A stretch of 64,000 bases of DNA, taken from the NCBI GenBank assembly GCA_050951325.1, contig JBMNIW010000012.1, positions 672,001-736,000 on the forward strand. The letters run 5' to 3'. Every line of letters starts with the position of its first letter. Position 1 is the stretch's first letter. The stretch comes from Clostridia bacterium. Lineage in GTDB: Bacteria; Bacillota; Clostridia; UBA1212; DUPL01. The translations under genes were made by a program, and so were the position numbers. Below are positions 29,436-40,250 of this stretch, one piece after another. Below the pieces are notes generated by a model. It saw nothing but the letters and a program-made list of their open reading frames with translations, made no database searches and was not told the origin of the DNA.

Positions 29436-32309
29436 GTGAAAAGAAGGATAGTTTTGCTGGCAACATTGCTGGTACTTGTTTTGACCGGATGTATAAATAA
29501 AAAGGAAGCTGACAGGCCGCTGCTTATAACCCTGCATGAATTTGAGGCTGATTCAAATGGTGTGAAGCTTGAATTTCACTATGCAGCCAAAGACGATGGG
29601 CAAGTACTGTTCTATCTTGAATATGGAGGAGAAGAACATATTCAGGAAGGAAACGGGGAAGGTTTGTACTCCTTTAATATTAAAGAGGATAGTCTGAAGG
29701 GTAATACAAATTTCAAACTGGGTGTTAAAGACAAGAAAAAAGGCAAAATCATGGATGAAATGGAAATTCAGATAAAGGATTACCTTGTCCAACTTAATGA
29801 AAGAACTGTAAAGTGTGTTGTTGCCCAAATGACAGATGAGGAGAAAGCAAGGCTTGTTATTGGCTATCAGGCAATGCCAGGCGATGCGGACTTCGTTGAT
29901 GGGGTCTCGGGCTTTACATATCCTTTAGAGAAATACGGTATTCCATCTCTCGTGTTTTCCGACGGTCCTGCAGGTGTAAGAAATCCCAAAGGGTCCATTA
30001 GTTATCCATCCGGCACTAATCTCGCCCAAACTTGGGATATGAATCTTGTGAAGGAAATTGGCAAGGCTTTGGGCAATGATGCAAGAAATCTGAAAGTAGA
30101 TATACTGCTAGGGCCCGGAATGAATATTCACAGAAACCCCCTCAATGGCAGAAACTTTGAATACTTTTCAGAGGATCCTTTTCTAACCGGAAAGATTGCA
30201 GCGTCATACACCAATGGTGTCCAGTCCATGGGTGTTGGGGTGTCGCTAAAGCACTTTGCTGCGAACAATCAAGAAACCAGCAGAGGCACGTCAAGTTCCG
30301 AAGTAACAGAAAGAGCTCTGCGTGAAATATATTTAAGGGGCTTTGAAATAGCCGTAAAGGAAAGCTCTCCTTGGACCATAATGTCTTCCTACAACAAGAT
30401 AAACGGTAAGTATACCAGTGTGGACAAGGAGTTGTTAACAGGCATCCTTAGAGAGGAGTGGGGATTTAAAGGGCTTGTTATGTCCGACTGGGGTTCTCAA
30501 GGAGCGGCTGACGAAAAGGTTAAAGCCCAGAATGATTTGTACATGCCTGGAGAACCCAATTATGTTAATACGGTACTTAACGCACTGCGAAATGGAAAGC
30601 TTACGCAGGAGGAAATTGACAGGTGCTGTGTGAACATACTGTCCATTGCCGCAAAGAAGAGCAAGAAAACATACCAGTCAGACTATAAGACTAATGCCAT
30701 ATTATCAAGAAAGGCAGCAGCTGAGAGTGTTGTAATTCTGAAAAATGATTCAGTATTGCCTCTTGTAAAATGTGAAGTTGCCTTGTTTGGCAATGGTCAA
30801 AAATACACCGTTTACACAGGGGAAGGGTCAGGTTTTGTACATACTCCGTACAACGTAAACATACAGGAAGGACTAAATAACTCGGAATACTTTACTCTTA
30901 ACGTTGACATAATGGCGAAATATGTAACTTGCAGGCCTGCTCCAATGCCTAAAGGGGAGGAATTGTATGATGGGACAACAGTAGTGCTTGATGATGAGAC
31001 TATTAAGAAGGCAGCAAAGGATTCGGATGTGGCTGTTTTTGTAATATCCCGCACGACTACCGAGGGCGCTGACCATAGAAATCTAAAAGGAGATTTTTAT
31101 CTCAGTGAAAGAGAACAGGATATGCTTGAAAAGGTGTCGAAGGCTTTTCGAAACCAGGGAAAGAAAACTATTGTTCTTCTCAATACAGGAAACCCTATTG
31201 AGGTAGATTCCTGGATTGACCTGGCTGATGCAGTTTTGTACATGGGATATCTTGGTCTTGAAACGGGGAATGCCATTTGTGACGTATTGTCTGGAAAAGT
31301 AAATCCCTCAGGCAGACTGGTCTCAACATGGCCAAGTAAATATGAAGACGTGCCTTCTTCATACCATTTTCCAGGCAATGCAGCTACCTCCATATACTTT
31401 GAAGATATTTATGTGGGTTACAGGTTCTATGAAACCTTTGAAATAGAGCCTGCCTTTGAGTTTGGCTACGGCCTGTCCTACACCAGTTTTGAATATTCAA
31501 ACTTCAAAATGACGAAGAAAGGAAATAAAATTGAATTCAAGGTAACTGTCAGGAATACTGGTAAAAGGGCAGGCAGGGATGTAGTCCAGGTATATGTGAC
31601 AAAACCTGGTTCTATTCAGGAACAGCCAAAGTATGAACTTGTTGCCTTTGCCAAAACAGGCGATCTTAAGCCTGGTAAAAAGGAAACCCTTACATTGGTT
31701 GTAAAGGAAGAAGATCTAAAGACATATGTTTCAGATACTTCAAGATGGATGGTGGAGGGTGGCAAGTATGTGTTCTCCATAGGTTCTTCTGTAAAGAAAA
31801 TTCACAAAACATATGAAACAGAACTGGAAGAAAAGGTTATCCAGGATGTAGAAAACAGATGTGTTCCTGTAAATGAGTTTAATGTATTGAATCAAAAGGA
31901 TGGATTGCCTTCCTTTAGAAGAAGTGCCAATGTTGCTCTAAACAAGAAAGCAACCTGCAATGTGCATGAAGGAGATTTGCGTGCACAGAATGCGGTGGAT
32001 GGCTCTTACTCCACAAGATGGAGTGGTTTGGCTCCTTCAAATGACAGCATGAACTGGCTGAAAGTAGATCTGGAGGCGGTTTATGATATTGAGAATATCA
32101 TAATATTCTGGGAAGCCTGCAATGTTTTTTACAGGGTGGAAACCTCTGTTGATGGTACCAATTGGACAAAGATTTTGGAAAAGAGCTCCAATCCCTCTCT
32201 TTATGATGATATTAAGGTGGAGGGAGAGGTTAGATATATTAGGATTAGTGGTGAGAAGAACGGTTGGTTCAGTATATATGAGCTTGAAGCTTTTGAAAAG
32301 GCAGGTTGA
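29436..32309 (+). CDS. GH3 beta-glycosidase lipoprotein with Fn3-like and C-terminal CBM32 domains
   Basis: GTG start after GGAGG; LTGC lipobox; DGPAGVR, GRNFEYFSEDP, KHFAAN, MSDWG nucleophile and FGYGLSYT motifs; NVALNK...AVDG..TRWS tail. Confidence 0.93.
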   Translation: MKRRIVLLATLLVLVLTGCINKKEADRPLLITLHEFEADSNGVKLEFHYAAKDDGQVLFYLEYGGEEHIQEGNGEGLYSFNIKEDSLKGNTNFKLGVKDKKKGKIMDEMEIQIKDYLVQLNERTVKCVVAQMTDEEKARLVIGYQAMPGDADFVDGVSGFTYPLEKYGIPSLVFSDGPAGVRNPKGSISYPSGTNLAQTWDMNLVKEIGKALGNDARNLKVDILLGPGMNIHRNPLNGRNFEYFSEDPFLTGKIAASYTNGVQSMGVGVSLKHFAANNQETSRGTSSSEVTERALREIYLRGFEIAVKESSPWTIMSSYNKINGKYTSVDKELLTGILREEWGFKGLVMSDWGSQGAADEKVKAQNDLYMPGEPNYVNTVLNALRNGKLTQEEIDRCCVNILSIAAKKSKKTYQSDYKTNAILSRKAAAESVVILKNDSVLPLVKCEVALFGNGQKYTVYTGEGSGFVHTPYNVNIQEGLNNSEYFTLNVDIMAKYVTCRPAPMPKGEELYDGTTVVLDDETIKKAAKDSDVAVFVISRTTTEGADHRNLKGDFYLSEREQDMLEKVSKAFRNQGKKTIVLLNTGNPIEVDSWIDLADAVLYMGYLGLETGNAICDVLSGKVNPSGRLVSTWPSKYEDVPSSYHFPGNAATSIYFEDIYVGYRFYETFEIEPAFEFGYGLSYTSFEYSNFKMTKKGNKIEFKVTVRNTGKRAGRDVVQVYVTKPGSIQEQPKYELVAFAKTGDLKPGKKETLTLVVKEEDLKTYVSDTSRWMVEGGKYVFSIGSSVKKIHKTYETELEEKVIQDVENRCVPVNEFNVLNQKDGLPSFRRSANVALNKKATCNVHEGDLRAQNAVDGSYSTRWSGLAPSNDSMNWLKVDLEAVYDIENIIIFWEACNVFYRVETSVDGTNWTKILEKSSNPSLYDDIKVEGEVRYIRISGEKNGWFSIYELEAFEKAG

Positions 32310-32323
32310 GCTTGATTTTTACA

Positions 32324-32356
32324 ATAAGGGGTAAACTTAAAAGGGTTACCCCTTAT
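32324..32356. terminator. Hairpin terminator after the GH3 gene
   Basis: 11-bp inverted repeat ATAAGGGGTAA / TTACCCCTTAT. Confidence 0.7.
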
Positions 32357-32381
32357 GATGGTTCGATTCAAAAATTATTAG

Positions 32382-32411
32382 TTGACACAGCTTGTTTATA
32401 TGATATATAAT
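32382..32411 (+). promoter_or_regulatory. Putative sigma-A promoter of rpsU
   Basis: TTGACA, 18-bp spacer, TATAAT. Confidence 0.6.
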
Positions 32412-32511
32412 ATGTTATGCGACACATTCTTTTATAATAAGGCTTAGGTGAATCGTCGAATTGAAAGGAAAATTGTGTCTTAAACCGCAACCGTGGAGGG
32501 GAGGGGATGTC

Positions 32512-32685
32512 ATGCCCGAAGTTAGAGTTAAGGAAAACGAGTCGTTAGATAGTGCTTTGAAGCGTTTCAAAAGATACTGTGCAAGAGACGGTGTTCTCGC
32601 CGAATATCGCAAGAGGGAACATTACGAGAAGCCCAGTGTAAGAAGAAAAAAGAAAGCTGAAGCTGCAAGGAAACGCAAATATTAA
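32512..32685 (+). CDS. rpsU: 30S ribosomal protein S21
   Basis: [21 protein letters not shown]...[24 protein letters not shown]. Confidence 0.98.
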   Translation: MPEVRVKENESLDSALKRFKRYCARDGVLAEYRKREHYEKPSVRRKKKAEAARKRKY

Positions 32686-32727
32686 TAATTGTTTCTTTTC
32701 CAAAGCGGTTATAGTTCAAAAACTAAC

Positions 32728-32759
32728 AAAGACCTTCTGTTGCGAGGTCTTTTTGTTTT
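32728..32759 (+). terminator. Rho-independent terminator after rpsU
   Basis: AAAGACCT...AGGTCTTT stem followed by TTGTTTT. Confidence 0.75.
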
Positions 32760-32784
32760 ATATTGCAGTACAAGGAGAAAATAA

Positions 32785-34836
32785 ATGTTTGAAAAAAGCT
32801 GGAGAATCCGCAGTCGATGCATGAGTGAAGAAGACACCGGTTTTTTAGCAAGAAAATTCAATGTGCCTGAATACATAATTGACATATTAAGCAAACGGGG
32901 CGTTTGCAGCGAGGAGGATATCGAAAGCTTTCTAAATCCTCAGTTGAACATGTTGACGGATCCAATGATGCTTAAGGACATGGAAGAAGCCGTGGAGAGA
33001 ATACTTCACAGCAGCGACATTGGAGAAAAGGTCACAATATATGGCGATTATGATGCTGATGGGATAACATCCACAAGCATACTGTATCATTTTCTGACAT
33101 GTTTTCTTGATATTGATGTTGACTTTTACATTCCAGACAGGTTGTCGGAAGGCTATGGCATGAGTGTGGAAGCCATCGATTACATAAGTTCAAGAGGAAC
33201 AAGCTTGATTATTACTGTCGATTGCGGCATAAGGAATCATGAAGAAATAGAGTATGCCAAAAGCAAGGGTATTGATGTAGTTGTAACAGATCATCATCAG
33301 TGTGGTGAAACGATTCCGGATTGCGTTGCATGCGTAAATCCAACAAGGCCGGATTGTCCATTTCCACACAAGGATCTGGCAGGGGTTGGAGTTACGTTCA
33401 AACTTATGTCCGCACTTGGCTATGCCATTGGTCTTGATGAGGAAGTTTATGAATACCTGCCTATTGTTGCGATTGGTACAATTGGAGATGCGGTTCCCTT
33501 AACGGGTGAAAACCGCATCTACGTGAAAAATGGGCTTGAGATGGTGGAAAGAGGAGTCTGGATTGGTCTAACAAAATTAATTGAACTTTCCAACGGTAAA
33601 AATGGTGTCAATCTGACTGCAACGTACATAGCATTTAATGTGGTGCCGAAAATAAATGCGGCGGGCAGAATGGGTGAAGCCTCAAGAGCTGTATATCTTC
33701 TTCTTACTGATGACGAAGATGTTGCAGGAGGCTATGCCATGGAACTTGTTAGCGAGAACGCAAGAAGGCAGGAGCTTGAGGCAAAGACTTTACAGGAAGC
33801 CCTGTTGCCTGAGAATCTAAAGTCAAAGGATGAGGATTCGGTTGTAATTGCGGTGGGGAAAAACTGGCATCACGGCGTTATCGGTATAGTAGCTGCAAGG
33901 CTTATGGAGAGGTTCAACAAGCCGGCAATAGTGCTTGCTTATGAAGAGGATTCGGATTTTCTTGTCAGAGGTTCAGCAAGAAGTGTGGAAGGGTTCAATC
34001 TCTACAAAGGACTTTCAATGGCTGAAGATTTGCTGATTAAGTTTGGTGGACACGAGATGGCGGCAGGCCTTACAATGGATGTGGCCAACATACCAAAAGT
34101 GATTGAGATATTGAATGAGTATGCTGTTAAGGAAGCGGAAGTAAGTTTCAGGATTCCATACCTTGAAATAGATGGAGTTGTTGGGCATGAGGATTTGACG
34201 CTGGAAAACGCAAGACTTCTAAAAATAATTGAACCCTACGGTCAGGGCAATGAAGTTCCTGTATTATGTGCCACGAATTTAAGGGTGGCTTCATGCTCCA
34301 AGATTGGGAATGACAAACACTTGAGAATTAATTTTCAGACAGAGAATGGAAATGTTGTTCAAGGTGTTGCATTCAGCAAAGGACCTTTTTGCTCGATTAT
34401 AAGCAGTCTTGAGTGTGTATCTGTTGCATTCCGCATGGAGGTGAACAGTTACAACAACACCGAGAGTCTTTCCCTGATTGTTGAAGACATTCATGACTGC
34501 GGGCTGAATATTGAAAATCCAACAGAAAAAAGGTATAATAACGATTATTGTATGAGCAACAGTTTTACGCTTACAAGACGTGATATGCTGCTGTTTTACA
34601 AGGTGTTAAGAAAATTTTACAAAGATGGATTTAGGTTTTATGACTTATACAATATAAGAAGAATTTTACAAAGTGAAGGATTCAACTGGTACAAGTTAAG
34701 AAAGGCTCTTGATGTATTTATAGAGCTGGATTTAGTTAGAAGAGACACAAAAGAGATTTACACTTTGAATTTGGATGCTGAAAAAGTGGAACTTGATACA
34801 TCCCATTTATACAAAGCATTAAATGGTGAAAGATAA
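32785..34836 (+). CDS. recJ: ssDNA exonuclease RecJ
   Basis: YGDYDADG, TVDCG, TDHH, INAAGRM, GSARS and FGGHEMAAG motifs. Confidence 0.96.
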   Translation: MFEKSWRIRSRCMSEEDTGFLARKFNVPEYIIDILSKRGVCSEEDIESFLNPQLNMLTDPMMLKDMEEAVERILHSSDIGEKVTIYGDYDADGITSTSILYHFLTCFLDIDVDFYIPDRLSEGYGMSVEAIDYISSRGTSLIITVDCGIRNHEEIEYAKSKGIDVVVTDHHQCGETIPDCVACVNPTRPDCPFPHKDLAGVGVTFKLMSALGYAIGLDEEVYEYLPIVAIGTIGDAVPLTGENRIYVKNGLEMVERGVWIGLTKLIELSNGKNGVNLTATYIAFNVVPKINAAGRMGEASRAVYLLLTDDEDVAGGYAMELVSENARRQELEAKTLQEALLPENLKSKDEDSVVIAVGKNWHHGVIGIVAARLMERFNKPAIVLAYEEDSDFLVRGSARSVEGFNLYKGLSMAEDLLIKFGGHEMAAGLTMDVANIPKVIEILNEYAVKEAEVSFRIPYLEIDGVVGHEDLTLENARLLKIIEPYGQGNEVPVLCATNLRVASCSKIGNDKHLRINFQTENGNVVQGVAFSKGPFCSIISSLECVSVAFRMEVNSYNNTESLSLIVEDIHDCGLNIENPTEKRYNNDYCMSNSFTLTRRDMLLFYKVLRKFYKDGFRFYDLYNIRRILQSEGFNWYKLRKALDVFIELDLVRRDTKEIYTLNLDAEKVELDTSHLYKALNGER

Positions 34837-34869
34837 GCAATACTAAAAAGTAGCAGAGGAGGTAGCGCA

Positions 34870-37050
34870 ATGAACGATAATGCAAAGTTGGAACAGTTGA
34901 TAAATATGATATTGTCGTACAATCCTGGAGCAGACATAGCCTTGCTTGAAAAGGCGCATGCGTTTGCAACAGAAAGACATGCTGCCCAAAAAAGAAAATC
35001 AGGCGAAGCATTTATCGTTCATCCGGAGTCAGTAGCTATTATGCTGGCTGAAATGGAAATGGATTTGCCTACCATAATTGCTGGAATGCTGCATGATGTG
35101 ATAGAAGACACCTCAACAACTTTCGAGGAAGTTGAGTCTGAATTCGGTCATGAAATAGCATATCTGGTGGACGGGGTTACAAAACTTAAAAGAATCCCTA
35201 CCACCACAAAAGAAGAGCTTCAGGCTGAAAATCTTCGAAAGATGTTTCTCAAGATGGCGGACGATATTCGTGTCATCCTCATAAAACTGGTCGACAGGCT
35301 TCACAACATGAGAACCCTTCAATATTTGAATACTGATTCACAAATAACGAAGGCAAGGGAGACTTTGGAGATATATACTCCAATTGCCCATAGGCTCGGT
35401 ATAACCAAGATTAAATGGGAGCTTGAGGATCTGTGTCTTAAATACCTGGAGCCTGAGACCTATGAAAATTTGCAAAACCAGATAAAGCAGAAAAGAGAAG
35501 AGCAGGAAGAATATATCAAGCTCATTCTTGAGAAGATAAAGGAAAGAACACAAGAGATCAACATAAATGCACATCTTGACGGAAGGCCCAAACACCTGTA
35601 CAGCATTCACAAGAAAATGGTACGTCAAGGGAAAACCCTGGATCAGATATATGACCTAATAGCTGTCAGGGTGATTGTTGATACAGTCAAGGAATGCTAT
35701 ATGGTGTTGGGAATAATTCATGAGCTGTTCAAGCCAATGCCAGGCAGATTCAAAGACTACATTGCCATGCCTAAACCCAACATGTATCAGTCACTGCATA
35801 CAACCCTCATTGGTCCTGACGGGCTTCCTTTTGAGGCTCAGATAAGGACTTGGGAGATGCACAAGGTGGCGGAGATTGGAATTGCAGCCCACTGGAAGTA
35901 CAAGGGCGGAAAAAGCGATCCCGAGTTTGAGAACAAGATCGAGTGGATAAGAAACCTTCTTAATCTGCAGAACGATACAAGGGATCCCAGTGATTTTGTG
36001 GAAACCTTCAAGATGGACCTATTCACAGACGAGGTTTATGTGTTTACGCCAAAAGGTGATGTAATAAGTTTGCCGGCGGGTTCCACACCCATAGACTTTG
36101 CCTATGCCATTCACAGTGCAATTGGAAACAGGATGATTGGCGCAAAAGTCAACAGTGAAATAAAGCCATTGACATACAAGCTCAAAACCGGTGAGATTGT
36201 TGAGATAATAACAACCAAGGACCCAAACCATGGTCCGTCAAGGGATTGGCTGAACATAGTAAAAAGTTCGGAAGCAAAAAGCAAGATTCGACAATGGTTC
36301 AAGAAGGAAAGAAGAGAAGAGAATATTGAGCGCGGCAAGACAATGATTGAAAAAGAGCTTAAAAAACAGGGTTATACCCATGCCCAGCTCTTTAAAGCTG
36401 ACTGGCTTGAAGCACTGTTGAAAAGATACAATCTGAACACCCTTGATGACTTGTACAATGTTATTGGGTTTGGTGAAATGAGTGCCCAGAAGGTTGTAAC
36501 AAGACTCAGGGATGAATACCTGAAGACTGTAACTGACAAGGAAGAGCTTGCAAAGCAGGAGGCAAAGAAGGAAACCAAGAAGGATGAGCCAATAAGGTAT
36601 TCCGAAAACGGCATAATAGTCAAGGGTATAGAAAACTGTTTGGTAAGACTTGCAAGATGCTGCAACCCTGTGCCTGGTGACTCCATAGTAGGATACGTAA
36701 CAAGGGGCAGGGGAGTCAGCGTACACAGATCCGACTGCCCGAATGTTGCAACACTTGCCGAGATGGAAAGCAGACTGATAGATGTCAGGTGGGCTGACAA
36801 GGGCAAGAACAGCTATGTGGCAGAGATTGAAATTACAGCGGTTGACAGGAGTAAACTGCTCCTTGAAATTGCCAACATCATTGCGGAAGCCCAGCTGAAT
36901 ATGAAGGCGATAAATGCAAGAGCCACCAAGGATAATTACGACGTTATTGATATAATGATTGAAATATCAGACAGGAACGAGCTTGAAAAGCTCATAAAGA
37001 GGCTTAAGAGCGTGGAAAATGTATTAAGTGTAAGCAGGACGGTGAAGTAA
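34870..37050 (+). CDS. relA: Bifunctional (p)ppGpp synthetase/hydrolase
   Basis: HDVIED, DRLHNMRTL, YQSLHTT and AAHWKYK motifs; TGS, CCNPVPGD and ACT domains. Confidence 0.97.
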   Translation: MNDNAKLEQLINMILSYNPGADIALLEKAHAFATERHAAQKRKSGEAFIVHPESVAIMLAEMEMDLPTIIAGMLHDVIEDTSTTFEEVESEFGHEIAYLVDGVTKLKRIPTTTKEELQAENLRKMFLKMADDIRVILIKLVDRLHNMRTLQYLNTDSQITKARETLEIYTPIAHRLGITKIKWELEDLCLKYLEPETYENLQNQIKQKREEQEEYIKLILEKIKERTQEININAHLDGRPKHLYSIHKKMVRQGKTLDQIYDLIAVRVIVDTVKECYMVLGIIHELFKPMPGRFKDYIAMPKPNMYQSLHTTLIGPDGLPFEAQIRTWEMHKVAEIGIAAHWKYKGGKSDPEFENKIEWIRNLLNLQNDTRDPSDFVETFKMDLFTDEVYVFTPKGDVISLPAGSTPIDFAYAIHSAIGNRMIGAKVNSEIKPLTYKLKTGEIVEIITTKDPNHGPSRDWLNIVKSSEAKSKIRQWFKKERREENIERGKTMIEKELKKQGYTHAQLFKADWLEALLKRYNLNTLDDLYNVIGFGEMSAQKVVTRLRDEYLKTVTDKEELAKQEAKKETKKDEPIRYSENGIIVKGIENCLVRLARCCNPVPGDSIVGYVTRGRGVSVHRSDCPNVATLAEMESRLIDVRWADKGKNSYVAEIEITAVDRSKLLLEIANIIAEAQLNMKAINARATKDNYDVIDIMIEISDRNELEKLIKRLKSVENVLSVSRTVK

Positions 37051-37515
37051 TTGAGAGCGGTAGTACAGAGGGTCACAACCTCCAGCGTTTCAGTTGACGG
37101 AGAAGTAGTTGGCAAGATAGGAAAGGGGCTGAACGTGCTGGTAGGTGTCGGCGAAGGTGATACGGAAGCTGATTGTGAATACATGGCCAACAAGATAACA
37201 GGTTTAAGAATATTTGACGATGGAGAAGGGAAGATGAATCTTTCCCTTCTTGATTTAATGGACAAGAATATTGAAGTGGGAATGCTCATTATCTCACAGT
37301 TTACACTGTATGGAGACTGTAGAAAAGGCAAAAGACCGTCGTATACAAGAGCGGAAGAGCCTCAAAGAGCAAATTACCTGCATGAGTACTTTGTGAATTT
37401 GTGTAAAGACAAAGGAATTCATGTGGAGACAGGCATCTTCCAGGCAAACATGCAGGTTGAAATACACAATGACGGACCCGTCACATTGCTTGTGGACAGC
37501 AAGAAAGAATTCTAG
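37051..37515 (+). CDS. dtd: D-aminoacyl-tRNA deacylase
   Basis: RAVVQRV, SQFTL and NDGPVT motifs. Confidence 0.97.
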   Translation: MRAVVQRVTTSSVSVDGEVVGKIGKGLNVLVGVGEGDTEADCEYMANKITGLRIFDDGEGKMNLSLLDLMDKNIEVGMLIISQFTLYGDCRKGKRPSYTRAEEPQRANYLHEYFVNLCKDKGIHVETGIFQANMQVEIHNDGPVTLLVDSKKEF

Positions 37516-37526
37516 CGGAGGTAACA

Positions 37527-38174
37527 ATGACAAGAGTAGAAGGCCCTTTTACGTATAGAAGACTTGGAAATGGTGTTCTTTCATCAAACACATATATTGT
37601 GTGGGATGAAACCAAAACTTGTGCCGTTATAGATCCAGGCAATGATGCAAATAAAATAGCAAAAGAAGTTGAAAAATACGAATTGACTGTGAAGTATATT
37701 ATTCTTACCCACAGTCATTACGACCATATTTTCTATCTTGAGGAACTTAAAAACATGTTTCCCGAGAGCGTTGCTGTCTGCCATAAAATTGAAAACGAGA
37801 ATCTGTCAAACCCTTATAAAAACGGTTCTCTTTTGTTTGGTTCAGCAAAAACCTTTGAAAAGGCGGATGAGACTGTAACAGATGGAGATATTCTAAACCT
37901 CGGAAAAGAGGAGCTTAAGATAATACACACCCCTGGACATACCGAAGGGGGTATTTGCATACAGGCTGGAAAGCTTCTCTTTACCGGAGACACCTTGTTC
38001 TACAGAAGCATAGGAAGAACTGACCTGGGGGATGGAAACGATGAAAAGATGGCAAAGTCCCTTCTGAAACTTGCGGAAATGGATCCTTCCTTGATTGTTT
38101 TACCAGGACACGGAACTTTCAGCACAATAGGGGATGAAAGGAAGTTCAATCCATACATTGGAGGATTAAGTTGA
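37527..38174 (+). CDS. MBL-fold metallo-hydrolase (glyoxalase II-like)
   Basis: THSHYDH, HTPGHT, TGDTLF and PGHG motifs; conserved position after dtd. Confidence 0.92.
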   Translation: MTRVEGPFTYRRLGNGVLSSNTYIVWDETKTCAVIDPGNDANKIAKEVEKYELTVKYIILTHSHYDHIFYLEELKNMFPESVAVCHKIENENLSNPYKNGSLLFGSAKTFEKADETVTDGDILNLGKEELKIIHTPGHTEGGICIQAGKLLFTGDTLFYRSIGRTDLGDGNDEKMAKSLLKLAEMDPSLIVLPGHGTFSTIGDERKFNPYIGGLS

Positions 38175-39559
38175 GAATTACTGTTGAGCATCAAAATGAC
38201 AATTTACCTTATCATATTTTTGAAGCCATTCAGATTTTCTTTGGAGTAAAGAATGATTTCGTCTTTATACGCAACAGTGAATCCTTGAGAATCATGGTAA
38301 ACGATGGACAAGACGGAGTGCTTTGTATAGATGACACTGATAAAAAACAGTCAAAAAGAGACGTATATGTCTTTTTGTCCAAAGTACTTGGTTACGAATC
38401 CCCATGGGGCTGCATGACGGGCATAAGACCAGTAAAGGTTGCAAACACCCTATATGAAAGAAACTATACAACTGAAGATATTAGAAAACACTTTAAAGAG
38501 TTCTACCTGATTCGGGATGACAAGATAGAACTGATTATAAATACAGCGAATGTGCAAAAAAGGTTTCTTGAGGAGCAGAAAAGAAGCAATAACTATATTG
38601 GTTTTTATTCAGGCATTCCCTTCTGTCCCACAAGATGCCTGTACTGCTCTTTTACTTCAAATCCAATAGGCAGATACAAAAAGGTTGTTGACAAGTACCT
38701 TGATGTTCTGGAAGAGGAAATAAAGGGAACCGCACAACTTATAAAAGAGAAAAATCTCGTTATACGCACTCTTTATCTTGGAGGAGGGACTCCTACTTCG
38801 TTGAACGAGGAACAGTTTGAAAGATACCTTTCAATGTTGACTGACAATTTGGAACTCAGCTGCGTTTCAGAGTTCTCCCTTGAGGCGGGCAGGCCCGACT
38901 CAATTACACTTGAAAAACTGAGAATAGCCAGGAAGCACGGAGTAAACAGAATAAGTATTAATCCTCAGACCATGAACAACAAAACCTTGAAACTTATTGG
39001 CAGGATGCATACAAAAGAACAGATAATTGAAGCTTTTCATTTTGCACGCGAAACAGGGTTCGAGAACATTAATATGGATATAATTGCAGGGCTTCCGGAT
39101 GAAACTCTTGAAATGTTTGAAAACACACTGGAGGAAATAGAGAAGCTTGATCCGGACAGTCTGACGGTGCACACCCTCAGCATAAAAAAGGCAGCAAATC
39201 TTAAGGAAGATATTGAAAAGCAAAAACTTCTTAATGCGGAAATTGTTGACACGATGGTAGATAAAGCCGAAAACTTTGCATCCAGGTTGAACATGCGTCC
39301 ATATTACATGTACAGGCAGAAGAATATCTTGGGCAACCATGAGAATGTGGCATACTGCAAACAGGGATGCGAAAGCCCATACAACATACACATCATGGAA
39401 GAAGATCAAACCATAATGGCGGTAGGAGCTGGTGCGGTTACCAAGGTTGTATATGACAATGGGCGTATTGAAAGAGCTTTCAACATGAAAAGTGTGGAAG
39501 ATTACATTTCAAGGAAAGAAATCGGAATAGAAAGAAAGAGGGCACTTCTTTCGTTATAG
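38171..39559 (+). CDS. hemZ: HemZ-like radical SAM protein
   Basis: PWG.MTGIRP, PFCPTRCLYCSF, EAGRPD and PYYMYRQKN motifs. Confidence 0.88.
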   Translation: MRITVEHQNDNLPYHIFEAIQIFFGVKNDFVFIRNSESLRIMVNDGQDGVLCIDDTDKKQSKRDVYVFLSKVLGYESPWGCMTGIRPVKVANTLYERNYTTEDIRKHFKEFYLIRDDKIELIINTANVQKRFLEEQKRSNNYIGFYSGIPFCPTRCLYCSFTSNPIGRYKKVVDKYLDVLEEEIKGTAQLIKEKNLVIRTLYLGGGTPTSLNEEQFERYLSMLTDNLELSCVSEFSLEAGRPDSITLEKLRIARKHGVNRISINPQTMNNKTLKLIGRMHTKEQIIEAFHFARETGFENINMDIIAGLPDETLEMFENTLEEIEKLDPDSLTVHTLSIKKAANLKEDIEKQKLLNAEIVDTMVDKAENFASRLNMRPYYMYRQKNILGNHENVAYCKQGCESPYNIHIMEEDQTIMAVGAGAVTKVVYDNGRIERAFNMKSVEDYISRKEIGIERKRALLSL

Positions 39560-40228
39560 AAGTACCGCTCCGTTAATTACAAGTTTGAATTCAAGACCGA
39601 GATACTCTGCCGCTCTTCGGCATAAAAGCATTCTGTTTATAAATATCTCAAAGTATTCCATGACCGAGCACTGGGACGTATCAATATTAAGCGTCAGTGT
39701 TACGGTCTTTTCATTTGTATCCAAAATCAGGTCGGATTCATAAACTGCGTGGTTAACTCTGTCGTGAATGTCAAAGTCCACAGTGTTTTCCCTTGCTCTA
39801 ACCCTTGTTCTTCTAACATCGCTTTTGTCTGCGAGAATAAGAGCAGCTGCAACTGCATTCACCGGTGTGGCGGAGTCTTCGTCATGGTTGCCGATTGCGG
39901 AAACAATGACAGAAGCCTCTTCCGGGTCCATGCCAATTTCACCTAGAATTCTAAAGGCCATCAATGCACCGCTGTGGGCATGATTATGTCTGTTGACTAC
40001 ATTGCCAATATCATGCATATATCCTGCAATTCTTGCAAGTTCCACAGTTCTGTCGTCGTATCCAAGACGGGCTAACATTTCAGCTGCATTCACTGCGGTC
40101 TTGGTCACATGGGCAAAGGAATGCTCCGTGTAGCCCATGGCTTCCATGACCTTGTCCGCATATTTTATATACGTCTTTACCTCATTGTTGTTCTTAATAT
40201 CTTCAAAAGATATTTTTTTGTATTCCAT
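39554..40228 (-). CDS. HD-domain phosphohydrolase
   Basis: GYTEH, YMHDIGN, GNHDE and LADKSD motifs. Confidence 0.88.
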   Translation of the reverse strand: MEYKKISFEDIKNNNEVKTYIKYADKVMEAMGYTEHSFAHVTKTAVNAAEMLARLGYDDRTVELARIAGYMHDIGNVVNRHNHAHSGALMAFRILGEIGMDPEEASVIVSAIGNHDEDSATPVNAVAAALILADKSDVRRTRVRARENTVDFDIHDRVNHAVYESDLILDTNEKTVTLTLNIDTSQCSVMEYFEIFINRMLLCRRAAEYLGLEFKLVINGAVLL

Positions 40229-40250
40229 ACAACATCCCTATTTCAATATT

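Noticed and set aside
32412-32511. Structured rpsU leader RNA
   Set aside because: Only a weak GACACA/TGTGTC pairing is visible, which is insufficient without covariation data
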